DNA from: Eledone cirrhosa
Taxonomy: Eukaryota
Length of the DNA stretch: 64,000 bases
Direction of reading: 5' to 3'
Assembly (NCBI GenBank): GCA_964016885.1
Contig: OZ024740.1
Span: 381,114,001 to 381,178,000 of the forward strand
Shown: in pieces, positions 40,401 to 53,444 of the stretch
Layout of the letters: each line of letters begins with the position of its first letter
How positions within the stretch are numbered: position 1 is the first letter of the stretch
The notes under the pieces: generated by a model
The model's input: only the letters and a program-made list of their open reading frames with translations
Databases searched by the model: none
Told to the model about the DNA's origin: nothing
Made by a program: the position numbers and the translations under genes

Positions 40401-42274
40401 TATTCTAACAAAGACAAACAAAATTTGTATTATGCTTATTTTTTTCTTACTCTACGATTTTTGACTTCAAAGTTTGTAGTATAAGTCGTGGCTTAATTTA
40501 GCGCAAGATTCCAGATTTAAAAACAAACAAAACATTTAGGGTGCTTCAGATCCGCTTGAGATAAGCTAAAGAACTACGGGTTCCGACCCCTGCTCTATAA
40601 GATAACCACTTTCATCACCACCACTATCACTACTGCCATCAATATTGCTACCGCATATTATACACTACCGTCCTTTAAACTGAATGGGACATTGGATATG
40701 GGCTTAAAATGTAAACGGCATGGTTGTAAAACTGTGGTCATAGGTATGCTTGATCAGTTCTCCACCTTTAACCTTGTTACTTTGACTAAACAACAGAATC
40801 TTGCACTATGAGACATCCAGATTGGCTATAGTGGTCGGTCGACCTATGAGAAATAGCAACCAAATCTCATTCAAGTCACACCCACCCACATTAAAATAAA
40901 AAGGACACATTGAAAGATATAGGCCAAGATACACTGTGCTTGAAGAAAAAGAAGTGATGACACCACTGTGATGTCTTTTAATCAAAGGTCTACTTTATAA
41001 AACTAAACTAGGGCGAAATTACGACTACATCCCATAGCCAACTCCACAACAGTTATTAGAGAGGTCACTCGATGAGCTAGAAATAGCAGCCAAATCGCTC
41101 CCTATCACTCGGAAAAGAACATTGAATACTATTGTCCCGGGTTTCTGGTACTTAGAAAAAAGACGAGATGTTCGTGACTGCAATGTCATTTGATCCTAGC
41201 TATTCCCGATCAGATTTGAACAACATTAATAAGGTTAACAAGAACCACATATATCACTACTATAGCGAGACAACGAGTAAGCCTCTACGTAGAAATTGCA
41301 GCCAAATAACGATTCCTCAGATCACACCACAAGACAAGACATATTAGATAATTGTTAATGCAATCTATACACTAATGAAAAACTTGGTCGAATGATTAAG
41401 CAGTTCACTTCGTAATCAAAAGACCTGGACTCGATATCATGGCGAGATAACTTGGGCAAGAGCCATTTACAATAGCTTCGGTTCGACCCACGTGAGAGGA
41501 ATTGGGTATGCGTAAACTGTTTAGAAGACTATCGGGTGGATTGTGTCTGTACTTCAACGGGCCAACTTTGTTTAACAAGGTGTCGCGCTGAATTCCCCTG
41601 AGAATTACTTAAAGAGTACACATGTTTGAGGAATTCTCGGCCTGTTCCTCGTTAATTTCTCGAACAGGCTGTCCTGTTCATCGAACTGGAACACCTATTG
41701 GTGAAAGTGATGGAGGTCTATTCCACAGTTTAGTATTACCTCATTAGTAAATGAACCTGACTGAAGAGTAAGTATTGTTGTCGCGTAGTTCAACGTCAGC
41801 ACTATTACTGTCTCGTCATTTTGTATATCTAGGGATACTTACAAACATGTTCTTCCCTTTCTAAGACAGCGAAGTATAATTTGTATCATCCAAACATACA
41901 CAGAGTTCTCACCACAAAACATTATAATTTTTGCCTTTCATCCTTACGGGGTCGATAAAATAAAGTACCAGTAATGCACTGGGTAATTGCTGGCCTTGTG
42001 CCTAAAGTAGAAACAATTATAATTTGAGAATAGCCTTTAGACATGAAACTCTGAGTAATGACGTATATTGAGTTCTGTCTATTTTATCTCAAATGTTATT
42101 TTGGTAGCAGATCCAACCTTCCAAGATTTAAAACTTTAAAACATTTTATTTGTCTCATACATGTTTCAACAACAAAAAGCTGAAAAAAGAAATGTTGAAA
42201 ATCCCGCTCAAGCGCCATTATATATACATGTTGGTATAATTTTCTTTACTTGAACCTTTTCGCTTGTAAGACAT

Positions 42275-42638
<364 letters not shown>

Positions 42639-42723
42639 GGAAAAATTTGAACAGGGACAAAACAGAGAGGCAGTACAACGAATGTTTATTAATTTCACGC
42701 TCTGGAGAGTGGGCTGTTGGTGG

Positions 42724-42760
42724 GGGACGACGTTTCGGGCATAAGCCCTTCCTCGGGTGA
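42724..42760 (-). ncRNA. Minimal hammerhead-like motif (U4->C), probably Penelope-like-element derived
   Basis: Minus strand: CCGAGGA-A-GGGC-UUAU-GCCC-GAAA-CGUC-GUC. Stem I is not evident. Confidence 0.55.
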
Positions 42761-43525
42761 GAAGTGTGTGGGAACAGAGTTCAAAGGGTGTGTAGGGGAG
42801 TGGTGGAGAGACATATAGCGAAAGGAAACGGTGCGAATGAAAAAATAAAAAATAAAGATAAAAATAAAAATAAAGCATGATCAAAATACAAGGAATGAGA
42901 TAAATATATATATATATATATATAGGAAAATCTGCTTCGTAGAATCAAGACGTATCTGAGGACCTTGCGATTTTTAGAGTCAGGTTCGATCATCATATCG
43001 ATCGTGCCTCGAGCTGGTCGCTAGAGAAACGATTGTAATATGTCTAATAAATTCCATTCGTCGCAACACCGATTCTCTTTTTTTCTGTGATATATATATA
43101 TATATATATACAGTATATATAACATTAAGTAAGATGCCGTGATTACATAAAGCGTTTATTCATTATAATTATATCTATGGCTACCTTTATGAAATCCAAG
43201 ATGTAGCATGTACATTTGTTGTTGGTATGGGAGCGATTTCTTCCCATGTAAATTCGTTTATGTGATATACTGCAGGCAAAAACATGTTCTTGTCTATCAA
43301 TTCGGTGTCATATCCATGACAGAGGGTCCCTGAATGTCAACATAATCCTATTATATAATTCCGCAAATCATACTTCATGAAATCGTTTAATCTTGCATCA
43401 AAATCGGATGATAGGTCTGGGCCATCGAAAAATATATATATAGTGCTTTCGCAGAATTAAAATTCTAAAGTAAATTTTCCAGTCCGACCTTCTGTTGTTG
43501 TTTTAATGAATATATATATATATTA

Positions 43526-45267
43526 CTAGCAGTAAAGCCCGGCGTTGCTCGGGGTCGCTCAGTAGCTGTGTTAAAGTTACAATGTTAAGTTTCTTTTTTG
43601 GCTTAAAAACTGTAGTGTCTACCGTGCAGACTTGCATGTGGTGTTTTTGATTAATATTCCCTCAACCAACAATATGCCTTATGAAGTTAAGAAAACATAA
43701 CGATAACCCGAATGTTATAACAAAAGAGGATGCTGGGGATAAAAACTGCACTGGTTATTTATTAACAAAGATCGAAAATGTAAACACTGCAACGCAGAGA
43801 AAAACATTAGCGTAACCAAATTATCAGTTATGTCTGTCTGCACGCCTATATCACCTCTCTGAACGACTGTCTGTCTGCACGCCTGAAATATTTGCTTGTT
43901 TTACGTAGTCTTTAAATAGACTTGTTTTCAAGTAAAAATATTGTTTTAAAATGCTTTTAAATGGAAATGAAGCAAAACGGCAGCTTAGTGTTCGAACTGA
44001 TGAATTTTGCAGGTCAATATTTTGCTGGCTCGACAACTGTTCGTGTATTGTGTTAATGTCATTTTAAACGCTGAGAAAGCCAGCGTAATTTTTTACGTAA
44101 GACGCTCAATGTAAACAGAACAAAGGGAAATAACTGATAACTTACGCTCAAAAATCGATACATTATATTCGATTTTGTCACATAGGGTGGGTCAATTTGA
44201 AATATTTTTTTCCGATGTCTTCGCTAGGGCTCAATGTACAAGTATAGCAATTTCGGTGCAATTCCGTGAGAGATTCTAAGAGGAGATGTGTGCCAAAATC
44301 GATAGACAGACAGACAACCACAGTTTTATATATATACTAGCAGTAAAGCCCGGCGTTGCTCGGGGTCGCTCAGTAGCTGTGTTAAAGTTACAATGTTAAG
44401 TTTCTTTTTTGGCTTAAAAACTGTAGTGTCTACTGTGCAGACTTGCATGTGGTGTTTTTGATTAATATTCCCTCAACCAACAATATGCCTTATGAAGTTA
44501 AGAAAACATAACGATAACCCGAATGTTATAACAAAAGAGGATGCTGGGGATAAAAACTGCACTGGTTATTTATTAACAAAGATCGAAAATGTAAACACTG
44601 CAACGCAGAGAAAAACATTAGCGTAACCAAATTATCAGTTATGTCTGTCTGCACGCCTATATCACCTCTCTGCACGACTGTCTGTCTGCACGCCTATATC
44701 ACCTCTCTGCACGACTGTCTGTCTGCACGCCTATATCACCTCTCTGCACGACTGTCTGTCTGCACGCCTATATCACCTCTCTGCACGACTGTCTGTCTGC
44801 ACGCCTAACGAAATTTACAGATACATATATTTTATATAAACTTATATAATTTTTGCTTTTTTTTACGAAATATTTGCTTGTTTTTAGTAGTTTTTAAATA
44901 GACTTGTTTTCAAGTAAAAATATTGTTTTAAAAGGCTTGTTTTACGTAGTCTTTAAATCGTGTATTGTGTTAATGTCATTTTAAACGCTGAGAAAGCCAG
45001 CGTAATTTTTTTAATTTTTGCACGCAGACGCTCAATGTAAACAGAACAAAGGGAAATAACTGATCACTTACGCTCAAAAATCGATACATTATATTCGATT
45101 TCGTCACATAGGGTGGGTCAATTTGAAATTTTTTTTTTTCCGATGTCTTCGCTAGGGATCAATGTACAAGTATAGCAATTTCGGTGCAATTCCGTGAGAG
45201 ATTCTAAGAGGAGATGTGTGCCAAAAATCGATAGACAGACAGACAACCACAGTTTTATATATATAGA
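43526..45267 (-). mobile_element. Head-to-tail dimer of a non-autonomous Helitron
   Basis: Units 43526-44336 and 44337-45267. Minus strand: 5'-TCTATATATATAAAA...subterminal hairpin ccgagcaacgccggg...CTAG-3'. The first ~350 bp of the two units are near-identical. Confidence 0.88.
44642..44807. repeat. 37-bp minisatellite inside the Helitron (4.5 copies; 1.5 copies at 43831-43884)
   Basis: tgtctgtctgcacgcctatatcacctctctgcacgac at 44642, 44679, 44716, 44753 and 44790. Confidence 0.95.
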
Positions 45268-45435
45268 TAGATAGATTGTATTATTATGGCAACATGGTCG
45301 CTTTATTCTTGGTCTCAGACTTTAACTTTTTGTTTACTCTGGGTGAAAACATATTAACTTTTCACACCATTGAGTGCTTTTATGACTGCCTCAAACAATT
45401 CGATTCGTATCTGCTATACTACAACTTTGATTTAA

Positions 45436-45542
<107 letters not shown>

Positions 45543-45837
45543 ATTGCAAGTCTGAAGAACTAATAAATAAAATATATACAGTATTTCCTCTCCTAATCAG
45601 TATAAATCAACCACATAAAAAATCATTTAAACGAGGCTATAAGTTTAAAATGTACTTATAAAGAAATAATAGACAAATGATACAGATTATCTTCCACGAT
45701 GTACAGCCATATGATACTTACCTATTTATTTATTTCAGCCTGTAGAAATTGACTAGACAAATAGTTAACTACACGAAGTTAGGTACAAAATAGAAGTTTG
45801 AAGAAAAAATGCAAATAAACTTTACCAAAATTCTTCT

Positions 45838-45925
45838 AGTTCCAACCACCGGTGATTTCGTTCCACTTTTTGGATATACCCGATCTTGGATATATCCACG
45901 AGGCTTGGAACTCTTCAGGAGATAC
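45838..45925 (-). ncRNA. Type I hammerhead ribozyme candidate
   Basis: Minus strand: CUGAAGA, stem II GUUCCA/UGGAAC with inner UGGAUAUA/UAUAUCCA helix, GAAA, near-palindromic stem III AUCACC/GGUGGU, GUU triplet; stem I weak. Confidence 0.7.
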
Positions 45926-46071
45926 CTCAGACTCGACTAAGTTTTTTCTACCGTGATCCCCGCCAGAAATGAATTCAAAATGGTTAAGAACTATCACGTG
46001 GCTAGCGGTCAAGGCAGAAAATTTGTGATTGGTGCCTGTCGGCGAGTAGGCTGGTTGTTAGAAAGCGCAGC

Positions 46072-46282
46072 CGAAAAGAAAGTGTGGTAAGGAACCAGGT
46101 GGACCATAACGCACCAGAGTAGTCGATACTTAGGGAAGTAGATTGGTTAATAGGAAAAGAGTCAGGACCCCGACGGCTGAGCTCCGGCCGTTTCGACAGC
46201 TAAATCCGAATGCAATCCAAGTTCGGATCTAGCTGTCGAAACGGCCGGAGCTCAGCTGTTGGGGTCCTGATTCTTTTCCTAT
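46072..46282 (+). mobile_element. Hairpin element, copy 3 (most complete; 61-bp arms, 11-nt loop)
   Basis: 46150-46210 versus 46222-46282 with 4 differences; ends in (TA)n. Confidence 0.85.
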
Positions 46283-46319
46283 ATATATATATCGTTCTAT
46301 ATATTTGGTCACGAATGAC

Positions 46320-46530
46320 CATGATTTTGCACCTAGAAAGTTCCGCTCCGAGACATAAGCCTGGGCAAGGTATGTTTGTAGAAGACTAGCAGACACCCAT
46401 GCATACCAATGTTGTCCAAGGGAAAGGTAATGGCCGATACTGCATGGCACCAGTGACGTGGCAACTCATTTCTGCAGCTGAGTAAACTGGAGCAACGTGA
46501 AATAAAGTGTTTTACTCAAGGACACAACGT
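46320..46530 (-). mobile_element. Truncated SINE of a further family
   Basis: cagctgagtaaactggagcaacgtgaaataaagtg...ctcaaggacacaac resembles a CORE/V-type SINE segment (from memory). Confidence 0.5.
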
Positions 46531-46608
46531 GTGTAAAAATATGATCACTTAATTTTATAGCTGTATGCTCATAGGAATTCCCACCATACACGGGTGAAAA
46601 CAAACAAA

Positions 46609-46750
<142 letters not shown>

Positions 46751-46892
46751 ATTTAATTAGTTCAGCAGTGAACTATGTATAGAATTTTTACATATCTATA
46801 CATTTTCCCGGAATTGCGTACGCGGACAGACACACATACATACACTAGATTCTGATCTTAATATTCATAATAATAGATTATTATTATGTAGA

Positions 46893-47172
46893 GGGGTCGA
46901 TAGAATAAAGTACCAGTAATGTACTGGGTAATTGCTGGCCTTGTGCCAAAAGTAGAAACAATTATTATATAAATTGATTTGGCGGTGGATTGGTAGTATC
47001 GGTAGAGGGTCAGACGCCATGCCTTGCAGCAAAGAGTTACGGCCCTTTATGGTCTGAGTTCAAATCCCGCCGCGGTTAAACTTTGCCTTTCATCCTTACG
47101 AGGTCGATAAAATAAAGTACCAGTAATTCACTGGTTAATTGCCGGCCTTGTGCCAAAAGTAGAAATAATTAT
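46893..47172 (+). mobile_element. Truncated + full SINE A copies; others at 41920-42020(+), 47825-48190(+, old), 50421-50590(-)
   Basis: Full copy 46981-47172 flanked by attatata(a/g)attgattt TSD. Confidence 0.9.
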
Positions 47173-48543
47173 ATAGATTGATTTATTCATTTCTTTTCAC
47201 AACATAGCTTCGATGGTTTAACACACCGCAACATAGTATGAGCACTGGATAGACATAATCATCCGCCCAGTTTAACACCTTTGCTTTGTCTCTGTGTGCT
47301 TTTAGATCATGAATGACACTCTTCTATCTCTGATGGGGAGGGCCGAGAAAAGGAGGTGATGACAGTGGGAGTTCGGGTCTTCCGTGTTCGGACACATTTG
47401 TTGGGAGGTTTCTTGGGTGTTTTAAATGTTATTAATTGTGACATATTGTCCCAATTTTTCCTATGAATTAGGCCTGCTAGGTATCTGAACTGTTCTTATG
47501 TTATTTCCAGAGCAATGTTAAAGATGTTTGATATATTTATGACTAAAGGATTAAAAAAGAGCAACAAGATACGAACAGCGTCAATTATTTGTTCCATTTT
47601 CTATATCAGACTACTCTTTTACTCTTTTACCTGTTCCAGCCATCCGCTGGGGTACCAATAATTAATTACATTTTTCCATATCAAGCAGCGGAAAGCGATG
47701 ATTTGAGTTCAGTCTCTTCATAAATAGTTAAGTAATGTTTTTAGTGGTAATGGTGTTTTTTACATCATAAAAATCTCGTGTACAAAGTACAATTACAGTG
47801 TTGTTATTAATTCTGGTTTATTCAAGGAGGTGAATTGTTAGATCATTAGAGCGCCAAACATAATGTCTTAAAGTATAAAGTTACGGCTCTTTACGTTCTA
47901 AGTTCAAATTCACCGAGGTTAGCTTTGCCTTCCATCCTTTCGTGGTTCCTAAAATATACTACCAGTAAAGTAGTAGGGTAGATTTAATCAACTTTCCCCG
48001 CCTCATAATACTGGTTGACCTTATATCTAATTTAGAAACCATGAGAGCTCTAACCTTGCTACATTTGTTTCCACTGAGGTTAACTTTGTCTTTCATTCTT
48101 CAGGGATTGATAAAATAAAGTACCAGTTAATTACTTGGGTTGATTTCATCGACCGATCCCTCATCACGCAACCAAATTCCTGGTCTGGTTTATTTGTAGC
48201 GTTATATTACCAGCAAGCAACCAGTATTATGAAAGATAAGTGATATTTTAAATTTGGAATGCCGAACTGGCTACAACTCAAAACACCCCAACGAGATGTT
48301 AGTCTCACAGGATCTTCCAGTGCTTCAGGGCAAATACCAATTCCAACAGTTTTTCGTGGTTCCCATACCCTGGGACCGCATCAAACAACATCTGCAAGTA
48401 ATTGTTTGTGTAATTCCCTGATAAATTTTTAAATGATTGGAGACCGGATATAATCTTTTTTTTTTTTTTGTAATTTCTTGGAAATTATGATCCAGATTCT
48501 GGCAAAATGGGATATTTAATACATTCATTATATAACAATGTAT

Positions 48544-49290
<747 letters not shown>

Positions 49291-50849
49291 TCGAAATAAT
49301 GTTTTTAAAACGTGCAGGTGTGAAAGAAATCTTTTTAGGTGAAGAGATTTCTCTTCTCGATCACTTAGTTTCGGAATAACGTATTCTCGGATCCCAGATA
49401 TTAGTGGGCGGCGAGGAATAAGCAGAGGGGGGCCGGTCGATTATTCAAGAACTGAGAATATTTTTTGTCTTTGCTCAATAATCTATGTTGTCTTTTTGTA
49501 TATGCGACCAGCTTGGTGTTCCTGAAACCGTTTAAGTTCTTTATTTCAACTACCCAATTATTAAATCCCTCGGCAGTTTTACCAGAGATGGATGGTGAAA
49601 CATTGGTTTATGATTTACAAATTAAATATATATAGATAAATAAATAACTGAATAAAGGAAAAAGCCAAAACAAATTAAAAACTTTTTACTGTAAATATAA
49701 GTAAGTGATCACAAAGAAATGAAACTACTAGACCGAAAAAGGACTTGTTTCACACCAACAAACTTCGTCTCCTTCTCCTCAGAGGGTCATGGGGGAAGAG
49801 TCCTCAAACACTCCCTCCAGCGAGTCCTGTCAGAAGCAAACGTCTCCAACTTATCTGGCTGGATCCCCAAGTGGGACCAGCCAAGCTCATGGATTTCCTA
49901 CCTGTTGGTTTTGCCCATAAAATCTGACAATAAAACTGTCACTAAGGTATGAACAATTTGCGAAAACTTTAATATAAAATCGTTCAAGCTTCTTTCCTCG
50001 GACAGGTGCGCATGCACACAACAGCCAAATATCGCATCGCTGGAATTGTGAAACATACAGTTCCATACAAGGATTTTTGTAATTTTTCATGAACAAGGGT
50101 TTAGCAATTGATATTAAGCTTAAAGATTATATAATATACAAGTATAAAGAAAGAATTAAAGAAAAAAAACCCATTATATTGAATGTTATCGATAATATCG
50201 AGTGAAAATAGGGAGTGCTGCAGTCCACAGTGAATATGTAGGAGCTGCCACTGAAGAAATCACTAAGAATAATTGATTCAAAGAACATGAAAAATGATTT
50301 TCCACATAATAGTTTTAACTCTTAGCTAAACATTTTCTGGGGCCAAACCTTGCTTAAAAACCATTTTGAAATATGAAACACTTCATTGATAAAAAAAAAC
50401 ATTTTGAAAATGGTTAAGATGATAATTGTTTCTACTTTTGGCATAAGGCCAGAGTTACCCAGTGCATTACTGGTGCTTTATTTTATCGACCCCGTAAGGA
50501 TGAAAGACAAAGTTAACCTCGGCGGGATTTGAACCCAGAATGGAAAGGGCCGTAACTCTATGTGTCAAAGCCTCTACCGATATTGCCAAATATTTGGCAG
50601 TTACGTGTCTGCTCCTGCTTTGTGTATCTTCTGGAACCGTGTGTACGACGTAATTAGTAATAGCACAACCTATCATTGTTAATTTGTCCTAATTTTAATT
50701 CAACTAATCACTTTTATTATTTATGAATATATTTTTTGTACCAATATAATAATTTAGTAGTAGTAGTAGTAGTGATTGGGGTGGGTGGGGCATTAGATAT
50801 CTGAAGAAGGATACTCAAATGTAGTTAAAATGAAAATAACAATAGATGA

Positions 50850-51320
50850 TGATAATGATGATGGTTTATGCGTAGAGGTGTTCAGCTCCTTTGCTGGCCA
50901 ATAGTATGCATGGGTTCTCTCCATAGGATTTAATTCTACACCACGTCAAAAACAGCAGTTTCAAGTCTTCCCGGATAATGTCTTGTCATCGCTTCTGTGG
51001 TCTGCCACTTTTTCTCGAGCCTTGAAAATCTCCCTTGAATAATCAGTAGCCCATAGTTATCTCTGGTTGGTGAACAACATGGTAAAAGATTTGAAGTTGG
51101 TACTTATGGATGACTTGGATAATCATGGTATAGGCTCTCATTTTATCTTTTACTTCTTTCATATCGCATCTTAAAAGACTAGTGTCTTTTAATTTGGATT
51201 CATAAGAATCCAGGTTTTATTTCTTTGTGTGGCATTAGGGATGATGAGCGTATTGTATAGTCGTAGTTTAAGTTTTGATCTGATCTGCCTATTTCACAAT
51301 GGCATTAGAGGAAGAATGGT
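50850..51320 (-). mobile_element. Degraded RTE-like LINE 3' end with (ATC)n tail
   Basis: Minus strand KLKLRLYNTLIIP.., GSRKSGRP..*QDIIREDL. Confidence 0.5.
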
Positions 51321-51913
51321 CTAAACCCCTCGATTACATCGATGCATAGTAAAGTGCCATTTACCATAGCCTTGTGAGGCAGAAACGATTTAGAAGACTG
51401 TCGGATGGACTGTAGTAATGATTCAAAGGTTCAGCTTTGTCACACACTGTGTCACACAGAATCTCCGAGAATTACATTGAAGTTATTCAGATCTGTAGAA
51501 TGTTCAGCCACAACTGGAACTCTCGTCGTTGAAACAGACGGAAGTCAATCGCTAGGTACAAAGTCATTTTTGCAAGAGCATAGAAAATGAACAAGGGGTA
51601 ATTAATAATTAGTTATTTTATTGATCTGGAGCAAAGATAAAATAATAGTCTTAGTCTTGTACGTGACGGGTATAACACTTTATTCTATTGACCCTGGAAG
51701 TATGAAAGACAAATTTGACAGCGGTGAGATTTGAACTCATAAAGTATATACTATGGGTAGGTGGCTAGTATGTGTCAGGAAAGAATCGCTGGACGGATTT
51801 TACGGGCAAAACCAAGAGGTAGGAGACCCAGGAGCAGACCTCGATAACATCCATGAGCTTGGCTGGTCCTGCTTGGGGATCCAGCTGGATCAGGTGGAGA
51901 CGGTTGCTTCTGA

Positions 51914-52033
51914 CACGACCTGCTGGAGGGAATGTTTGAGGACTCTGCCCCCACGACCTGCTGGAGGGAATGTTTGAGGACTCTGCCCCCACGGCCTGCT
52001 GGAGGGAATGTTTGAGGACTCTGCCCCCACGAC
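51914..52033. repeat. 38-bp triplication within an RTE 3' end
   Basis: cacgacctgctggagggaatgtttgaggactctgcccc at 51914, 51952 and 51990. Confidence 0.95.
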
Positions 52034-53444
52034 TCTCTCAGGAATATGTGGGCGAAGAAGAAGAAGTAAAGGGTTGTAACTAATTATTGCATAACATTTT
52101 GTACAGCGTTTTAACAATTTTACCAATCCAGCGATCTATGTCGATTCATGCGGGATTGGAACTCAGGAAAGGGAGAAATCGAACAAGAGTCCTGTAAAAA
52201 CATCAATAATCAATCGTAAACTATCTGCGTCAACTCCGCTACATCAATATACATTCTACAATTTCCCATGCGTTTGTGTAGATTTACGGCCTCGGGTTTT
52301 TAGGCGTAAAGATAAAAGGATGTTGAGACGTTCATACATTTCCAAAGAAATAAGAGACGTGCCTGAAGGGCGATTAATGATTTACTTCAGTCCAGTTTAC
52401 TCCCACGTTCTACTTGAAGAGCTTCTTATTTCGTTCTTAATTTCATTTTTTTTTCTTTCTTCTTTCATTCTGAAATATCAAAAATAAAACTTCTCAACTG
52501 CCTTCGCTTTTTTCAACAATCACTTAAACGCCTGCCTTTCACTTTAATAGTAATTAAACAATTATTTACTATTCATCGCTTTAATTAACAGCACAATACT
52601 TCTCTTCCAAAGTGCTTTATCTTTCTTTTACTTTTCTAATTTCCTCTTACTATTTCTCCGTCAGTCTGTCGTTATTTGTCATTATAACCCCCCCCCTCAT
52701 TCCCGGCTCTTTTCTTTTTTCCTTATTTTCTGCTCTCTCACTCCGTATTTTGTTTCTCACTAATACATTTTTGATATAATTACTTTTGTTTTATTTTATT
52801 TCAACCTGTCTTGCTCATTCACATCTTTTTTATAAACTTTTTCTTTTGTTACTTTTTTTTTTCTTAATTCTCTCATTCATTTTTTCTAACTCTCTTTACG
52901 TCTTTCTTATCTCTCCCCGCCCTCTTTCTCTCCCGGCCTAAGGGCTATCCCAGAGTTCTCAGCAACAGGCATCAGTGGCTGTGAAGTGAAGATGGCGTAC
53001 GGAGGTGATTCGTTTGAATGGAATACAGCGGTAGTTGACGACAGCTGTGGCCGTGTCGCCGGTTGTGGGGTTAGAGGCAGCAGCAATAATAACAAAACTA
53101 CTACTTGGAGAGGTTACCACTCGTCTTTTTCTACTGGCGCGTTACTAGCATCAGAAGACGAGGAAGTTGCGGCAACGCTAGACCAAGAAGCTGGTGGCGC
53201 AGGGGACGTGACAGCAAATAATAAATCAACAACACGAACGCCTGTTCGGTCGTCTCGTTCTTCATGCCCTTCTCCTCCTCCTCCCCGTTCTTTTACTTCT
53301 AGAACTAATAATTTCATGAATCAGAAATCGTCTTCTCAAAACAGCCAGGAAACAAACTCCCATTTTCCTTCTTTTTCTTCTTCCTTTTTCTCGTTGTTCA
53401 GGTCACCTACTGTTTCAGGTAGACCTAGTTTTTCTCACAACACT

